This document shows, one piece after another, positions 9,039 through 19,800 of a DNA stretch of 64,000 bases. The notes under the pieces are model-generated. The model was given only the letters and a program-made list of their open reading frames with translations, did no database searches and was not told where the DNA came from. Each line of letters opens with the position of its first letter. Within the stretch, counting starts at the first letter, position 1. The position numbers were made by a program, and so were the translations under genes. Source of the stretch: Clostridia bacterium (lineage in GTDB: Bacteria > Bacillota > Clostridia > Peptostreptococcales > Anaerovoracaceae); NCBI GenBank assembly GCA_024403185.1, contig JAKSSG010000002.1, positions 2,724-66,723 of the forward strand, in the 5' to 3' direction.

Positions 9039-11855
9039 TTACTCCCTGGCGACTTCTTCCATTGTGAAGCACTCGATAACGTCGCCTTCCTTAATGTCAT
9101 TGTAGTTTTCGATTCCGATACCGCATTCGTAACCCTGTGCCACTTCCTTTGCGTCATCCTTGAATCTCTTCAGTGATGAGATCTTGCCTTCGTGGATTAC
9201 GATACCGTCACGTACCAGTCTGATGCTTTCGTTTCTGACAACCTTGCCGTCCGTTACATAAGCACCGCCGATGATGCCAACGTTAGGAACCTTGAATGTT
9301 TCTCTGATTTCAACTGTGCCCAGTACAACTTCCTTGTACTCAGGATCAAGCATGCCCTTCATGGCGTTTTCAACATCGTCCAGAATATTGTAGATTACAT
9401 TGTATGTTCTGATCTGTATGCCGTCACGTTCTGCCATTCCTGTAACGGTTACGCTTGGTCTTACATTAAATCCGATAATGATTGAACCGGATGTTCCTGC
9501 CAGCATTACGTCTGATTCGTTAATGGCACCAACACCAGTATGTACAATGTTTACCTTTACTTCATCGTTTGACAGCTTCTCAAGTGAAGTTACGATGGCA
9601 CCTACGGAGCCCTGTACGTCAGCCTTGACGATGAGGTTCAGTTCCTTTACCTCGCCTTCCTGAATCTGGCTGAAGAGTTCTTCCAGAGTCTGGCTGGAGT
9701 TACGTGCCAGCACTTCCTGTCTTACCTTCTGCTGTCTGTTATATGCGATTTCCTTGGCCTGGCTTGACTTCTTGACTGCGTTGAATACGTCGCCGGCTAC
9801 AGGAACGTCTGACAGTCCCAGGATTTCAACTGCTGTTGCAGGACCTGCCTTCTTGAGTTTTTCGCCCTTGCTGTTTGTCATGAGTCTGATCTTGCCCGAG
9901 CATGTACCGGCAACAACGCTCATGTCTGACTTGAGTGTTCCGTTGAGAACCAGCAGTGATGCGATAGGTCCCTTCGCCTTGTCAAGTCTTGCTTCTAGAA
10001 CTGTACCTACTGCCAGTCTGTCAGGGTTGGCCTTCAATTCAAGAACTTCCGCCTGAAGCAGAATCATTTCAAGCAGATTAGTGATGCCTTCTCCTGTCTT
10101 TGCAGAAACAGGAACCGCAATGACATCGCCACCCCAGTCTTCCACGAGAATGCCCTGTTCTGCCAGGTCCTTCTTTACGATTTCCGGATTTGCTCCCGGC
10201 TTGTCTATCTTATTGATTGCAACGATAATCGGAACGCCTGCAGCCTTGGCATGGCTGATTGATTCGATTGTCTGAGGCTTTACTGAGTCGTCTGCAGCAA
10301 CTACGAGTACTGCTATGTCTGTTGCATGAGCACCTCTTGCTCTCATTGCCGTAAACGCTTCGTGGCCCGGAGTATCCAGGAATACTATTTTCTGTCCGTT
10401 GATTTCAACTTCCGATGCACCGATGTGCTGAGTGATTCCGCCGGATTCTCCTGCAGTTACGTTTGTATTTCTGATGGCATCCAGCAGTGATGTTTTACCG
10501 TGGTCAACGTGGCCCATTACAGTAATGATCGGAGGACGAGGCTGGAGGTCTTCTTCCTTGTCTTCAAAGGTTTCAATGCCTTCTTCTTCCAGATATTCTT
10601 CCTCTTCATCTATGGCGCCGATTGCAACCTTGATTCCCATTTCGTCTGCCAGCAGCTGAACTGTATCTTCGTCCAGATTCTGGTTCTGGTTTGCCATTAC
10701 ACCCATCTTCATGAGCGTCATTATTGCCTGTGACAGTGTTGTCTTTGTCTGTTCAACAAAGCCGGCCACTGTAATAGGACAGTTGATAAGAACTGTTCCT
10801 GCTTCAAGTTCAACTTCAGGTACTTCAGGTTCTTCGATCTTAGGTCTGTTCTGATGTCTCTTCTTTCTTTCCTGCTTTTCAAGTGACTTCGGCTCAGGCT
10901 TTCCTGCCTTGCGTCCGCCTCTCTCAAGTCTTGAGTACTTATCTCTTTCCTTGTCTCTGTCTCTTTCCTTGCCCTTCTTGCTGTGAGTGGAGGATTTTCC
11001 AGCAGATGGAGCATCGGATCTGTCATTTTCTGCTGCGCCTTTACGGGATGGGCGTGCCGGTTTTTCGGAGGATTTTACCGGTTTTCTTGCAGTTTTTTCT
11101 TCCGCTTTCTCTTCTGCCTTCTTTTTGGCAGCAGCCTTTCTCTTTTCGGCAGCTTCCTTTTCTTCACGTCTTACATCTTCGGCCTTCTTTATTACCTTTA
11201 TTCTGCTCCTTGGCTGCTCTTCCTTCTTCTCCGCCTTTTTCTCTTCAGGCTTTTCTTCTTTCTTTATCTCAGTTTTTTCAGCAGGTTTTGTCTTTGCAAC
11301 CTCTGCTGCCTTCTTTTCCACTTTTTTAGCTGTTTCAGCAACTTTTTCCGCCGCCTCTGCAACCTTTGAAGCCACTTCGCCCGTAACTTCTGCCGCTTTG
11401 GTTCCGATGGCCTCCTTCTTTGCTTCCGCTTCCGCCTTTTCCTTGGCAATTCTTTCTTCCAGCTTTGCCTTTGAAACCTTTGGGGCTCCTGCCGGTGACT
11501 TTGGCTTGCCTGCAGCTGTCTTGGCGGCAGCTGCTCTGGCTGCTTCCTGTGCTGCAGTCAGCGGTTTCTTTGCAGCCGGTTTTTTCTTTTCGGGCAGCTT
11601 AATATTGGCAGCCTTTACAGTTACCTTTGGCTCCCCTTCCTTTTTCTCTGCCGGTGCCTTCTTCACCGAACTTCTCTTGGCAACGGTCGTTTCTGCCTTT
11701 GCGGCAGCTCTTGTAATGGCGTTTCTTACAGCTACCATATCCAGGTCTGACAGCTCATCGCCTACTTTACTGGCTTCAATCCCCATGGATTTGACCTTCT
11801 TCAGCACCTCCGTGCCGGTCATGTTCAGTTCTACTGCTAAGTCTTTTATCTTCAT
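9039..11855 (-). CDS. infB: translation initiation factor IF-2
   Basis: [29 protein letters not shown]; ATG 11855 is 8 nt from GGAGG. Confidence 0.98.
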   Translation of the reverse strand: MKIKDLAVELNMTGTEVLKKVKSMGIEASKVGDELSDLDMVAVRNAITRAAAKAETTVAKRSSVKKAPAEKKEGEPKVTVKAANIKLPEKKKPAAKKPLTAAQEAARAAAAKTAAGKPKSPAGAPKVSKAKLEERIAKEKAEAEAKKEAIGTKAAEVTGEVASKVAEAAEKVAETAKKVEKKAAEVAKTKPAEKTEIKKEEKPEEKKAEKKEEQPRSRIKVIKKAEDVRREEKEAAEKRKAAAKKKAEEKAEEKTARKPVKSSEKPARPSRKGAAENDRSDAPSAGKSSTHSKKGKERDRDKERDKYSRLERGGRKAGKPEPKSLEKQERKKRHQNRPKIEEPEVPEVELEAGTVLINCPITVAGFVEQTKTTLSQAIMTLMKMGVMANQNQNLDEDTVQLLADEMGIKVAIGAIDEEEEYLEEEGIETFEDKEEDLQPRPPIITVMGHVDHGKTSLLDAIRNTNVTAGESGGITQHIGASEVEINGQKIVFLDTPGHEAFTAMRARGAHATDIAVLVVAADDSVKPQTIESISHAKAAGVPIIVAINKIDKPGANPEIVKKDLAEQGILVEDWGGDVIAVPVSAKTGEGITNLLEMILLQAEVLELKANPDRLAVGTVLEARLDKAKGPIASLLVLNGTLKSDMSVVAGTCSGKIRLMTNSKGEKLKKAGPATAVEILGLSDVPVAGDVFNAVKKSSQAKEIAYNRQQKVRQEVLARNSSQTLEELFSQIQEGEVKELNLIVKADVQGSVGAIVTSLEKLSNDEVKVNIVHTGVGAINESDVMLAGTSGSIIIGFNVRPSVTVTGMAERDGIQIRTYNVIYNILDDVENAMKGMLDPEYKEVVLGTVEIRETFKVPNVGIIGGAYVTDGKVVRNESIRLVRDGIVIHEGKISSLKRFKDDAKEVAQGYECGIGIENYNDIKEGDVIECFTMEEVARE

Positions 11856-11874
11856 ACGCACATCCTCCTTTATG

Positions 11875-12177
11875 CTATGATTCTATTTCCCTCAGAATCG
11901 TTTCAGCGAAATTTTCGTCCAGTATTCCGAATGCGCTTCTGCCAGACGTTCCCGTAGCATGTGACAGTTCATCGATTGTACCGTACTTTACGAAATTCAC
12001 ATCCGCTTTTCTGATTTCCTTCATGATTTTCTTTTCGCTTCCCGCCGAAATGTCCTCTGCCAGAATCATGAGTTTCACTCTGCCTTTTACAAGGTTTACC
12101 GTGCAGGTATTTACACCTGACACAACATTTCCCGATTTTTTTGCAAAACCCATGTAACTGAGAACCTTATTCTTCAT
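11875..12177 (-). CDS. ylxQ: L7Ae family RNA-binding protein YlxQ
   Basis: L7Ae-like sequence between ylxR and infB. Confidence 0.88.
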   Translation of the reverse strand: MKNKVLSYMGFAKKSGNVVSGVNTCTVNLVKGRVKLMILAEDISAGSEKKIMKEIRKADVNFVKYGTIDELSHATGTSGRSAFGILDENFAETILREIES

Positions 12178-12436
12178 ATGCCTTCAGCTCCTCGAAAATT
12201 CTCGCTTCTTCTTCAGCGCTCACTTCGATATGCAGGCTGCGCTGAATGGCCTTTTTCTTTCTTGCCATTTCAATGCATTCCCTGTTTTTGCAGAGGTAAA
12301 CGCCTCTTCCCTTCGCCTTGCCTGTCGGATCGACGGAGAGTCTGCCTTCATACCAGGCTATTCTTATAAGAGAATCCTTTGTTTTTGATTCCATGCACCC
12401 AAGACACTTACGCATCGGGTTCTTCTTATTTTTCAT
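12167..12436 (-). CDS. ylxR: YlxR/RnpM family RNA-binding protein
   Basis: PMRKCLGC, GRGVYLC; conserved position after nusA. Confidence 0.93.
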   Translation of the reverse strand: MKNKKNPMRKCLGCMESKTKDSLIRIAWYEGRLSVDPTGKAKGRGVYLCKNRECIEMARKKKAIQRSLHIEVSAEEEARIFEELKAYEE

Positions 12437-13652
12437 CTTCTTCCTCGATTTCTTCGATTAACTCTTCGGCCAGTTCCGCCTCTTCAGTTTCTTCGATTTC
12501 CTCGGTTTCTTCTTCGACTATTTCCTCAGCTTCTTCAGCGATTTCATCTTCATAATACTCGTCTTCATCGTAGTATTCGTCTTCATCATAATACTCGTCA
12601 TCTTCCCCGAAATACTGAGTGTGGCTCTTGATGTCAATCTTCCATCCGCATAAGCGAGCAGCCAGTCTTACGTTCTGACCTTCCTTGCCGATTGCCAGCG
12701 ACAGCTGATAATCAGGAACAACAACTGTTGCTGCTCTTTCCTCTTCATCAACCATGACCTCTTCAACCTTTGCCGGACTCAGTACATTGCTGATAAGAAC
12801 TGCAGGATCCTCGTCCCATGTTGTAATGTCGATTTTCTCTCCCCAGAGCTCGTCTACGATGTTCTTTACTCTGCTGCCGTTCTGGCCAACGCATGCTCCT
12901 ACAGGATCGATATCCTCATCTTCAGTGTAAACAGCGATCTTTGTTCTTGAACCTGCTTCTCTGGCGATGCTCTTGATTACAACATCACCGTCCTCAATTT
13001 CCGGAACTTCAAGTTCAAAGAGTCTTTCAACAAATCCCGGATGAGTTCTGCTGAGGAAAATCTGAGGTCCCTTGGCGCTCTTTCTGACATCCATGATATA
13101 AGCCTTGATTCTGTCATTAACCCTGTATCTTTCACCTGCAGCTCTTTCGCCGCCAACCAGAATACCCTCAGTATTTCCGATATTAACAAATATGGTTTCA
13201 TTGCTTATTCTCTGAACGACACCTGTAATCAGATCGCCCTGTCTTGAAATGTAGTTGTCAAATACCATTCCGCGCTCAGCTTCACGCAGTCTCTGTACCA
13301 CAACCTGCTTGGCAGTCTGTGCGGCAATTCTGCCGAAATCTCTTGGCGTTACTTCGTATTCAACGATGTCATCGATTTCATATCTTGAGTCAATCTCTCT
13401 GGCTTCCTCAAGTGAAATTTCGGTAAATTCATCCTCAACCTCTTCAACTACATTCTTCTGCATGAGGACCTCGACTTCACCTGATTCCTCATTCATTTCA
13501 ACGCGAACGTTGGCTGCAGTTCCGTAGTTCTTCTTGTAGGCTGATATGAGAGCTGATTCAATAGCCTCCATGATTACTTCCTTTGGAATGCCCTTTTCCT
13601 TTACCAGATCGTTGATTGCATTCATAAATTCACTCATTTTCTTTTCCTCCAT
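12426..13652 (-). CDS. nusA: transcription termination factor NusA
   Basis: FGRIAAQTAKQV, AREAGSRTKIAV, SLAIGKEGQNVRLAA; acidic C-terminal tail. Confidence 0.98.
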   Translation of the reverse strand: MEEKKMSEFMNAINDLVKEKGIPKEVIMEAIESALISAYKKNYGTAANVRVEMNEESGEVEVLMQKNVVEEVEDEFTEISLEEAREIDSRYEIDDIVEYEVTPRDFGRIAAQTAKQVVVQRLREAERGMVFDNYISRQGDLITGVVQRISNETIFVNIGNTEGILVGGERAAGERYRVNDRIKAYIMDVRKSAKGPQIFLSRTHPGFVERLFELEVPEIEDGDVVIKSIAREAGSRTKIAVYTEDEDIDPVGACVGQNGSRVKNIVDELWGEKIDITTWDEDPAVLISNVLSPAKVEEVMVDEEERAATVVVPDYQLSLAIGKEGQNVRLAARLCGWKIDIKSHTQYFGEDDEYYDEDEYYDEDEYYEDEIAEEAEEIVEEETEEIEETEEAELAEELIEEIEEEDEK

Positions 13653-13670
13653 CTAGAAAACAATTTATTC

Positions 13671-14174
13671 TTAAAAAATCACTGCCAGCTTGGTTCTGGC
13701 TATCTGGGACAGCATCAGGTTCCACTCTCTGCCGTCCTCGTCTTTTATTGTTACCGAATAATCTCCTTCACAAGGTGCAAAGGCAGTAAGCTCGCCTTCA
13801 ATGTTCTTGGTGCCGTCCATGCCTTTGTAAAGCTTGACATCAACGGCACTTCCAACATACTTCTCGTAATGTTCCGGTGTTATAAGCGGTCTGTCCATTC
13901 CCGGTGAACTTACCTCCAGAAAGTAGTTCTGTTCAATAGGGTCAGCTTCATCAAGCTTTTCGCTCAGGTATCTGCTTACCTTTTCACAGTCCTCGGTCCC
14001 AATGTATACCGGGTTTCCATCTTCGTCCTCGCCCTTTGCCAGGTCAACGTATACCCTCAGAAACCAGTCTCTTCCTTCTTTGACATATTCCGTATTGTAG
14101 AGTTCATATCCATTCTCTGCAAGAAAATCGCCAAGAAGTTCGCTCACCAAATCTGTAATTTTCTTCTTTGCCAT
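13671..14174 (-). CDS. rimP: ribosome maturation factor RimP
   Basis: LRVYVD, DCEKVSR, LEVSSPGMDRPL; start at ATG 14174. Confidence 0.96.
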   Translation of the reverse strand: MAKKKITDLVSELLGDFLAENGYELYNTEYVKEGRDWFLRVYVDLAKGEDEDGNPVYIGTEDCEKVSRYLSEKLDEADPIEQNYFLEVSSPGMDRPLITPEHYEKYVGSAVDVKLYKGMDGTKNIEGELTAFAPCEGDYSVTIKDEDGREWNLMLSQIARTKLAVIF

Positions 14175-14201
14175 TTTTTCTCCCTGAGTTAAAAAACTCA
14201 T

Positions 14202-14232
14202 AAAAGAAGAGTGGGTTTGGTGCCCACTCGAC
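14202..14232 (-). promoter_or_regulatory. rimP leader hairpin
   Basis: GAGTGGG/CCCACTC stem followed by a pyrimidine run on the minus strand, the motif typical of Firmicutes rimP(ylxS)-nusA leaders. Confidence 0.7.
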
Positions 14233-14272
14233 TGTAACTTATTATTTAACATTGATTATGTTAACACATAAA

Positions 14273-14755
14273 TCAAGCATTTGCAAGGGTTTTCAGCGAT
14301 TCCATAAGTGCTCTGCAACCCTCGATAATCTTATCATATGTTTCATCAAAATCATCTGTATACCACGGATCGGGAACATCTCCGGCTTCTCCCGCAAAAC
14401 TGAGGAGCGTATGTATCTTTCCGTCCGTATCAGGTCCGCATATGCTCACGACTCCTGCCACGTTCTTTTTGTCCATGCAGACAATCATGTCAGCAGCATC
14501 ATACTCTTCCTTCGTAAGCATTCTGGCTGTGCGGTTTTCGTATGGTATTCCGTACATTTCCAGAACTTCTTTCGTCCCCTCGTGAATTTCCATGCCGATG
14601 GAATCCTCGAAGACACCCGCTGAACTGATGTCAAACCTGTCTTCCATGCCCTGTCTTCTGACAATGTTCTTGAAAACAAACTCAGCCATGGTTGAACGGC
14701 ACACATTTGCAAAACATACAAATATAATCTTTATCTTCCTGCTATCTTCTGTCAT
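14273..14755 (-). CDS. low molecular weight protein phosphatase (LMW-PTP)
   Basis: P-loop CFANVCRS (CX5R) and DPWY general-acid motif. Confidence 0.93.
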   Translation of the reverse strand: MTEDSRKIKIIFVCFANVCRSTMAEFVFKNIVRRQGMEDRFDISSAGVFEDSIGMEIHEGTKEVLEMYGIPYENRTARMLTKEEYDAADMIVCMDKKNVAGVVSICGPDTDGKIHTLLSFAGEAGDVPDPWYTDDFDETYDKIIEGCRALMESLKTLANA

Positions 14756-14757
14756 TC

Positions 14758-15831
14758 TCAGATAATTCCTATCTCCGCAGCCTGCGCCATGATTCTCTCT
14801 GCCGACTTGGAATTTCTAGGCTTCTTCCCGTTAATCAGGTCGTAAAATCTGATAAGTCCCTGAAGCCCTCCGCCGTTTTTCAGTATGCTCACCAGACACA
14901 GGTTCTGCAGTCCCAGAGTCTCGCTGATAATGTCAATATCCTTGCCGGACAGCTGATGCACCGCAAGCCTGAAGGCATCATGATAATTCATGTCTATGAA
15001 TGAACTTATATCTGCCAGCGTCTTCAGCTCCATGTTTTTCAGAACTTCGAGATAACCGAACAGATTGGCTTCCTCTATTTCCGCGGAATTGATCGCCGCA
15101 ATATTTCTGTTAAGCCTGTCAAAAGGCTTCATTTCCAGATATCCCCTGAATGAATCCCCGTTCAGTTCAATATCATCAAGACGTCCGTCCTTGATGAGCC
15201 CCTTGACATGATTTCTGTATTCGTAAATCTCATCTCTTACAGTCCTGAATTCATCATCTGCTATTTCAATTAGCCCGGCCAGTCGGGAAAGCTTTCGCAG
15301 ATACTCCTTCGGAACCTCAACATCATTCTTGTATCCCGTATCATGATATATCGTAGCCCAGACATGCTGAAGCGCAGTTCTTATCTGAATTTCGAACCGT
15401 ATGTGGTTTAGTTCAGGTCTTTCCGGGTCATGATAGAGACTTTCTGGAATCCGGCAGATGTAGTGAATTGACATGTAGCCAAACTGGTCCTGCTGCAGCA
15501 CCTTTCTCTTATCAATTGAATTCTCCCAGTCAATGATAAACATGTTCTCGACGAAGGCGGCAATTCTGTCAGCTTCGTCACTGTAGAAGGTGATTGCTCT
15601 GCAGCCGACAACATCGGTAACATCGTCAATGGAAGCGTACTTGCTTCCTTTCAGCCCCAGCTTTCCTTCCAGACTCTTTTCTGTCTTTACACGGCCCTCA
15701 ATGCCTGTAATGAATATTCCGTTTTTTTCGATGGCGTCCCTGAGCAGCTCGATAACCTTGTCCTTCAGAATGGCATAGTTTTCGACATTTTCAAGGTACT
15801 CATCCATTATCATGCGGCAATGAGCATCCAT
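14758..15831 (-). CDS. RelA/SpoT-domain small alarmone synthetase with C-terminal extension
   Basis: RVKTEKSLEGK, DVVGCR, GYMSIHY, EIQIRT...W...HDTGYK synthetase motifs. Confidence 0.92.
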   Translation of the reverse strand: MDAHCRMIMDEYLENVENYAILKDKVIELLRDAIEKNGIFITGIEGRVKTEKSLEGKLGLKGSKYASIDDVTDVVGCRAITFYSDEADRIAAFVENMFIIDWENSIDKRKVLQQDQFGYMSIHYICRIPESLYHDPERPELNHIRFEIQIRTALQHVWATIYHDTGYKNDVEVPKEYLRKLSRLAGLIEIADDEFRTVRDEIYEYRNHVKGLIKDGRLDDIELNGDSFRGYLEMKPFDRLNRNIAAINSAEIEEANLFGYLEVLKNMELKTLADISSFIDMNYHDAFRLAVHQLSGKDIDIISETLGLQNLCLVSILKNGGGLQGLIRFYDLINGKKPRNSKSAERIMAQAAEIGII

Positions 15832-15858
15832 GACCGTTCCTCCAGTTGCCGACTGCTG

Positions 15859-16155
15859 TTATTCGATAGTAAGAATATCAACAAAACCGGTAATTTCGAA
15901 TACTTCCATGATTACATCATTTGCATTCCTGACAATCATGGTTCCCTGCTTGTTCATTTTCTTCTGGGCTGCCAGGAGAACTCTCAGTCCTGCAGATGAG
16001 ATGTACTCAAGATTTGCAAAATCAAATACCAGCTCTTCTGTTCCTTCGATGCAGTTGGCAATTGTCTCTTCCAGTTCAGGAGCTGTAGTAGTATCCAGTC
16101 TTCCCTCAATTTCAAGTGCAACCTTTTTTTCGTCCTGGTTTAAGTTAATGTTCAT
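15859..16155 (-). CDS. STAS domain anti-sigma-factor antagonist (SpoIIAA/RsbV-like)
   Basis: GRLDTTTA, LEYISSAGLRVLL, VFEITGF. Confidence 0.93.
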   Translation of the reverse strand: MNINLNQDEKKVALEIEGRLDTTTAPELEETIANCIEGTEELVFDFANLEYISSAGLRVLLAAQKKMNKQGTMIVRNANDVIMEVFEITGFVDILTIE

Positions 16156-16181
16156 GTTTTCCTCCGTTTTATCTTTATTTA

Positions 16182-16757
16182 TTATTTCTGAAAAGTCCTG
16201 TTTATAAGTTCAACAAACTCTTTATATGCATCTGTATCCGCAAGCTCCGACAGGGACTCCGCAAGCCCTCTGTAATGCCATTCGTGGTCCTTCGGATCAC
16301 TGGAATGAAATCTGTTCCAGAAGGCATCACCTTCGACCTCATAATCCCTGGCAATTGCTCTCATGTTTGAAAGCTTGTCTCCCATTGCAACCACTTTACC
16401 GTCGTGGCTTGCAGCAGCCAGTCTTTCTATTGCCGCCTGCTTTCTCTCGTGCCAGCTCTCCTCGTCCGTCTTGCCTTCAACCACCACATCGCTTTCAGTC
16501 GCAACAAGACCTGCAACCCTGTCACCGAATCTTTCACGAATGTCTTCCTCGGTGTACTCTGTATCTTCGACCACATCGTGAAGTGCTGCAGCCGCCAGCA
16601 GTTCCTGGTCTGATGTTATGGTTGACACTATGGATACGGCTTCCATTGGATGAACAATGTAGGGAAAACCTTTTCCTCTTCGTTCGGTACCCGCATGGGC
16701 GTCAACTGCAAACTTTACGGCTTCATCGAGAAGCGATGTATCAATCTTCTTTGCCAT
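16182..16757 (-). CDS. HD-domain small alarmone hydrolase (Mesh1/SpoT-HD-like)
   Basis: AH...R...PYIVHP, LHDVVEDT, DKLSN motifs. Confidence 0.9.
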   Translation of the reverse strand: MAKKIDTSLLDEAVKFAVDAHAGTERRGKGFPYIVHPMEAVSIVSTITSDQELLAAAALHDVVEDTEYTEEDIRERFGDRVAGLVATESDVVVEGKTDEESWHERKQAAIERLAAASHDGKVVAMGDKLSNMRAIARDYEVEGDAFWNRFHSSDPKDHEWHYRGLAESLSELADTDAYKEFVELINRTFQK

Positions 16758-16772
16758 AATACCTCCGCAATC

Positions 16773-16801
16773 ATTATAGTTTATCTGTCATTAATGTACA
16801 A
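16773..16801 (-). promoter_or_regulatory. sigmaA-type promoter of the HD-STAS-SAS-PTP cassette
   Basis: minus strand TTGTAC-17 nt-TATAAT, then GGAGG RBS. Confidence 0.65.
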
Positions 16802-16826
16802 TATGTGACCGTACACATTTTGTATA

Positions 16827-19800
16827 TTAGAAGAAACTTATCTGTGCCGTTTCAGGCAGCCCCTCAAGTACTCCATGAGCCCTCAGTTCTTCAATTACAG
16901 TCTTGTTTACCCTGCCTCTGTCCATGATGTCCTCGACAGTTTCATAGGGTCTGTCTTCATATCCTTTTGCAAAGGCAGTCGCAGCTCCTTCGCCCATTCC
17001 GTTAATTGCAACAAACGGGAGAAGAACCCTGCCGTCATGTACTCCGAACTTCAGGGCATCACTTATTCCCAGCCTTGCAGGTTCAAATTCATAACCTCTG
17101 GAGTACATCTCATATGCAACCTCCAGTACAGTCATCTCCGACTCTTCCTTCTTGCTTGCATCCTTGTCTTTGCGTTTGATTTCCTCAATCCGATCATCGA
17201 CAGCCTTCAGCCCCTTCAGTATCGTTGCGGAATCAAAGTCCGCAACCTTGGTGGTGAAATATGTCGCATAGAACTCTGCCGGATAGTAAACCTTGTAATA
17301 AGCCTCACGCAGAGACATCATTACGTAAGCCACAGCATGTGCACGCGGGAACATGTATTTGATTTTCTTGCATGAGTTAATATACCAGTCCGGAACGTCA
17401 TGCTCTACCATGAGAGCTTCCTGTTCTTCGGTCAGACCCTTACCCTTTCTGACCTTCTCCATTATGGTAAAAGCATCTCCGTTAGGGAGTCCGTGCTTTC
17501 TCAGATAGTTCATTATGTCGTCACGTGTTGCAATTGCTTCTCTCATGGTCGTAACGCCGTTTACAACCAGATCCTGCGCATTTCCGAGCCATACATCAGT
17601 TCCGTGAGAAAGACCGGATATTCTGACCAGCTCCTCTACGGTTGTCGGATGAATATCGTCCAGCATCTGTCTTACAAAAGCTGTTCCAAACTCATGTATT
17701 GCGAAACTTCCGTGCTTGAATTTATAGTCAGGGTTCTTGATGTCAAGTCCCTCTGTGCCTATGAATATGCTCATGACCTTTTCGTCCTTGAGAGGAATGG
17801 ACAGCGGATCCACTCCCGTCATGTCCTGCAGGTGCCTGATCATTGAAGGAATATCGTGACCCAGTATGTCGAGCTTCAGCAGATTCTCATCGATTGAATG
17901 GTAGTCAAAATGAGTCGTGATGATATCTGACTTCATGTCGTTTGCCGGATGCTGAACCGGGCAGAACTCATAAATCTCATGACCTCGCGGTACGATAACG
18001 ACTCCTCCCGGATGCTGCCCGGAAGTTCTCTTGACGCCTTCGCAGCATGATGTAAGTCTGTCCATCTCAGCCCTAGGCGCCTGAATGCCCTTCTCATCAA
18101 AGTACTTTGCAACAAATCCGAAGGCTGTTTTGCCGGCAACCGTTCCGATTGTGCCCGCCTTGAAAACATTTTCTGCCCCGAATATCTCTTCAACGTATTT
18201 CTGTGCCTTTCCCTGATATTCTCCTGCAAAGTTAAGATCGATATCAGGTTCCTTTGTTCCGTCAAATCCGAGGAATGTTTCAAAAGGAATGGTGAATCCT
18301 TCTTTTCTGTAAGGCGTTCCGCACTTCGGACAAAGCTTGTCCGGCATGTCAACACCGCAGTCATATTCTTTCGTGTCATCCCATTCCACATTCCTGCAGT
18401 TTGGACACAGATAATGAGCCGGAAGAGGATTTACCTCCGTAATTCCGGACATGGTTGCCGCAAAGGATGAACCTACGGAACCTCTGGAGCCTACGAGATA
18501 CCCTTCCTCCAGCGACTTCTGAACAAGCATTTCCGCCGATCTGTACATTACAGCATATCCGTTATCTATTATTGAATTGAGCTCCTTATCCAGTCTTTCC
18601 TGAATCTCCTGCGGCAGCGGATCACCGTACATGGCAGTTGATCTTTCCCTGCACACCTCCCTCAGGTAGTCCTCGGCGCCATCAATCTTTGGCGGGAATT
18701 TGCCCTTTGGAACCGGCATCATCGGTTCAATCATGTCCGCAATGAGATTTGTATTTTCTATTACAACCTTCCTGGCCGTTTCTTCGCCAAGATAAGCGAA
18801 TTCCTCCATCATCTCATCGGTGGTTCTGAAATAGAGACCTTCGCCGCTCTCCGCATCCTTGTATCCCTGACCGGCCTGAAGAATCTTTCTGTAAAGTGCG
18901 TCCTCTTCATCAAAATAATGAGCGTCGCAGGTTGCACACACCGGCTTGCCCAGCTTATCGCCCAGGGCGACAATCTTTCTGTTGAAATCTCTAAGCTCTT
19001 CTTCGTCGGAAACCATACCGTCTCTGAGCATGAACATGTTGTTCACTACAGGCTGTATTTCAAGGTAATCGTAGAAGGATGCAATTTTCTCAAGCTCTTC
19101 ATCGCCGGCGCCCGCCTTTAATGCACTGTAGACTTCTCCGGCTTCACAGGCTGACCCCAGAATAAGGCCTTCCCTGTTTTCCTCAAGAACAGACTTCGGA
19201 ATTCTCGGTCTCTTATAGAAATACTTCAGGTGGGAAAGTGAAACGAGCCTGTACAGGTTCATGAGTCCTTCCCTGTTCCTGGCAAAAATTACAATGTGAT
19301 TGGTTCTTCTTGTCCTGTAGTCTATCGTTCCGTCCGCGGCAATGAGACCTGTATCATCAACCAGATATCCTTCGCACCCATAGAGAATCTTTATTTCTTT
19401 CGCAGCATGTGAAGCGTCCGGGAAAGCCTGCACAACTCCGTGGTCGGTTATTGCTACAGCTTTATGGCCCCACTTTTCTGCGGTTTTTACAACAGTTGAT
19501 GCGTCACACAGGGCGTCCATTGCGCTCATTTTCGTATGACAGTGCAGTTCAACACGCTTCTCCGGATATGTATCCGTTCTTTCCTTTTTCTCTATCTTTT
19601 CAATGTCGTCAGCCATTATGGTTACAGTATTGTCATATCTGTCCCACTGTGCCTTGCCGTGAATCCTTACGTATGAGCCGTCCGGCAGGTGCTCCTCTAT
19701 GTCATCCCATTTCTGGTTGACCACAAATGACTTGACGCATATGCTGGTCTTCTTGTCTGTAATGAAAAGACTTGCCAGCTTACTGTCTTCACTTATTGTC

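Noticed and set aside
10987-11880. 297-aa Phe/Ser/Ala-rich plus-strand ORF
   Set aside because: Mirror of the Lys/Glu/Ala-rich IF-2 N-terminus
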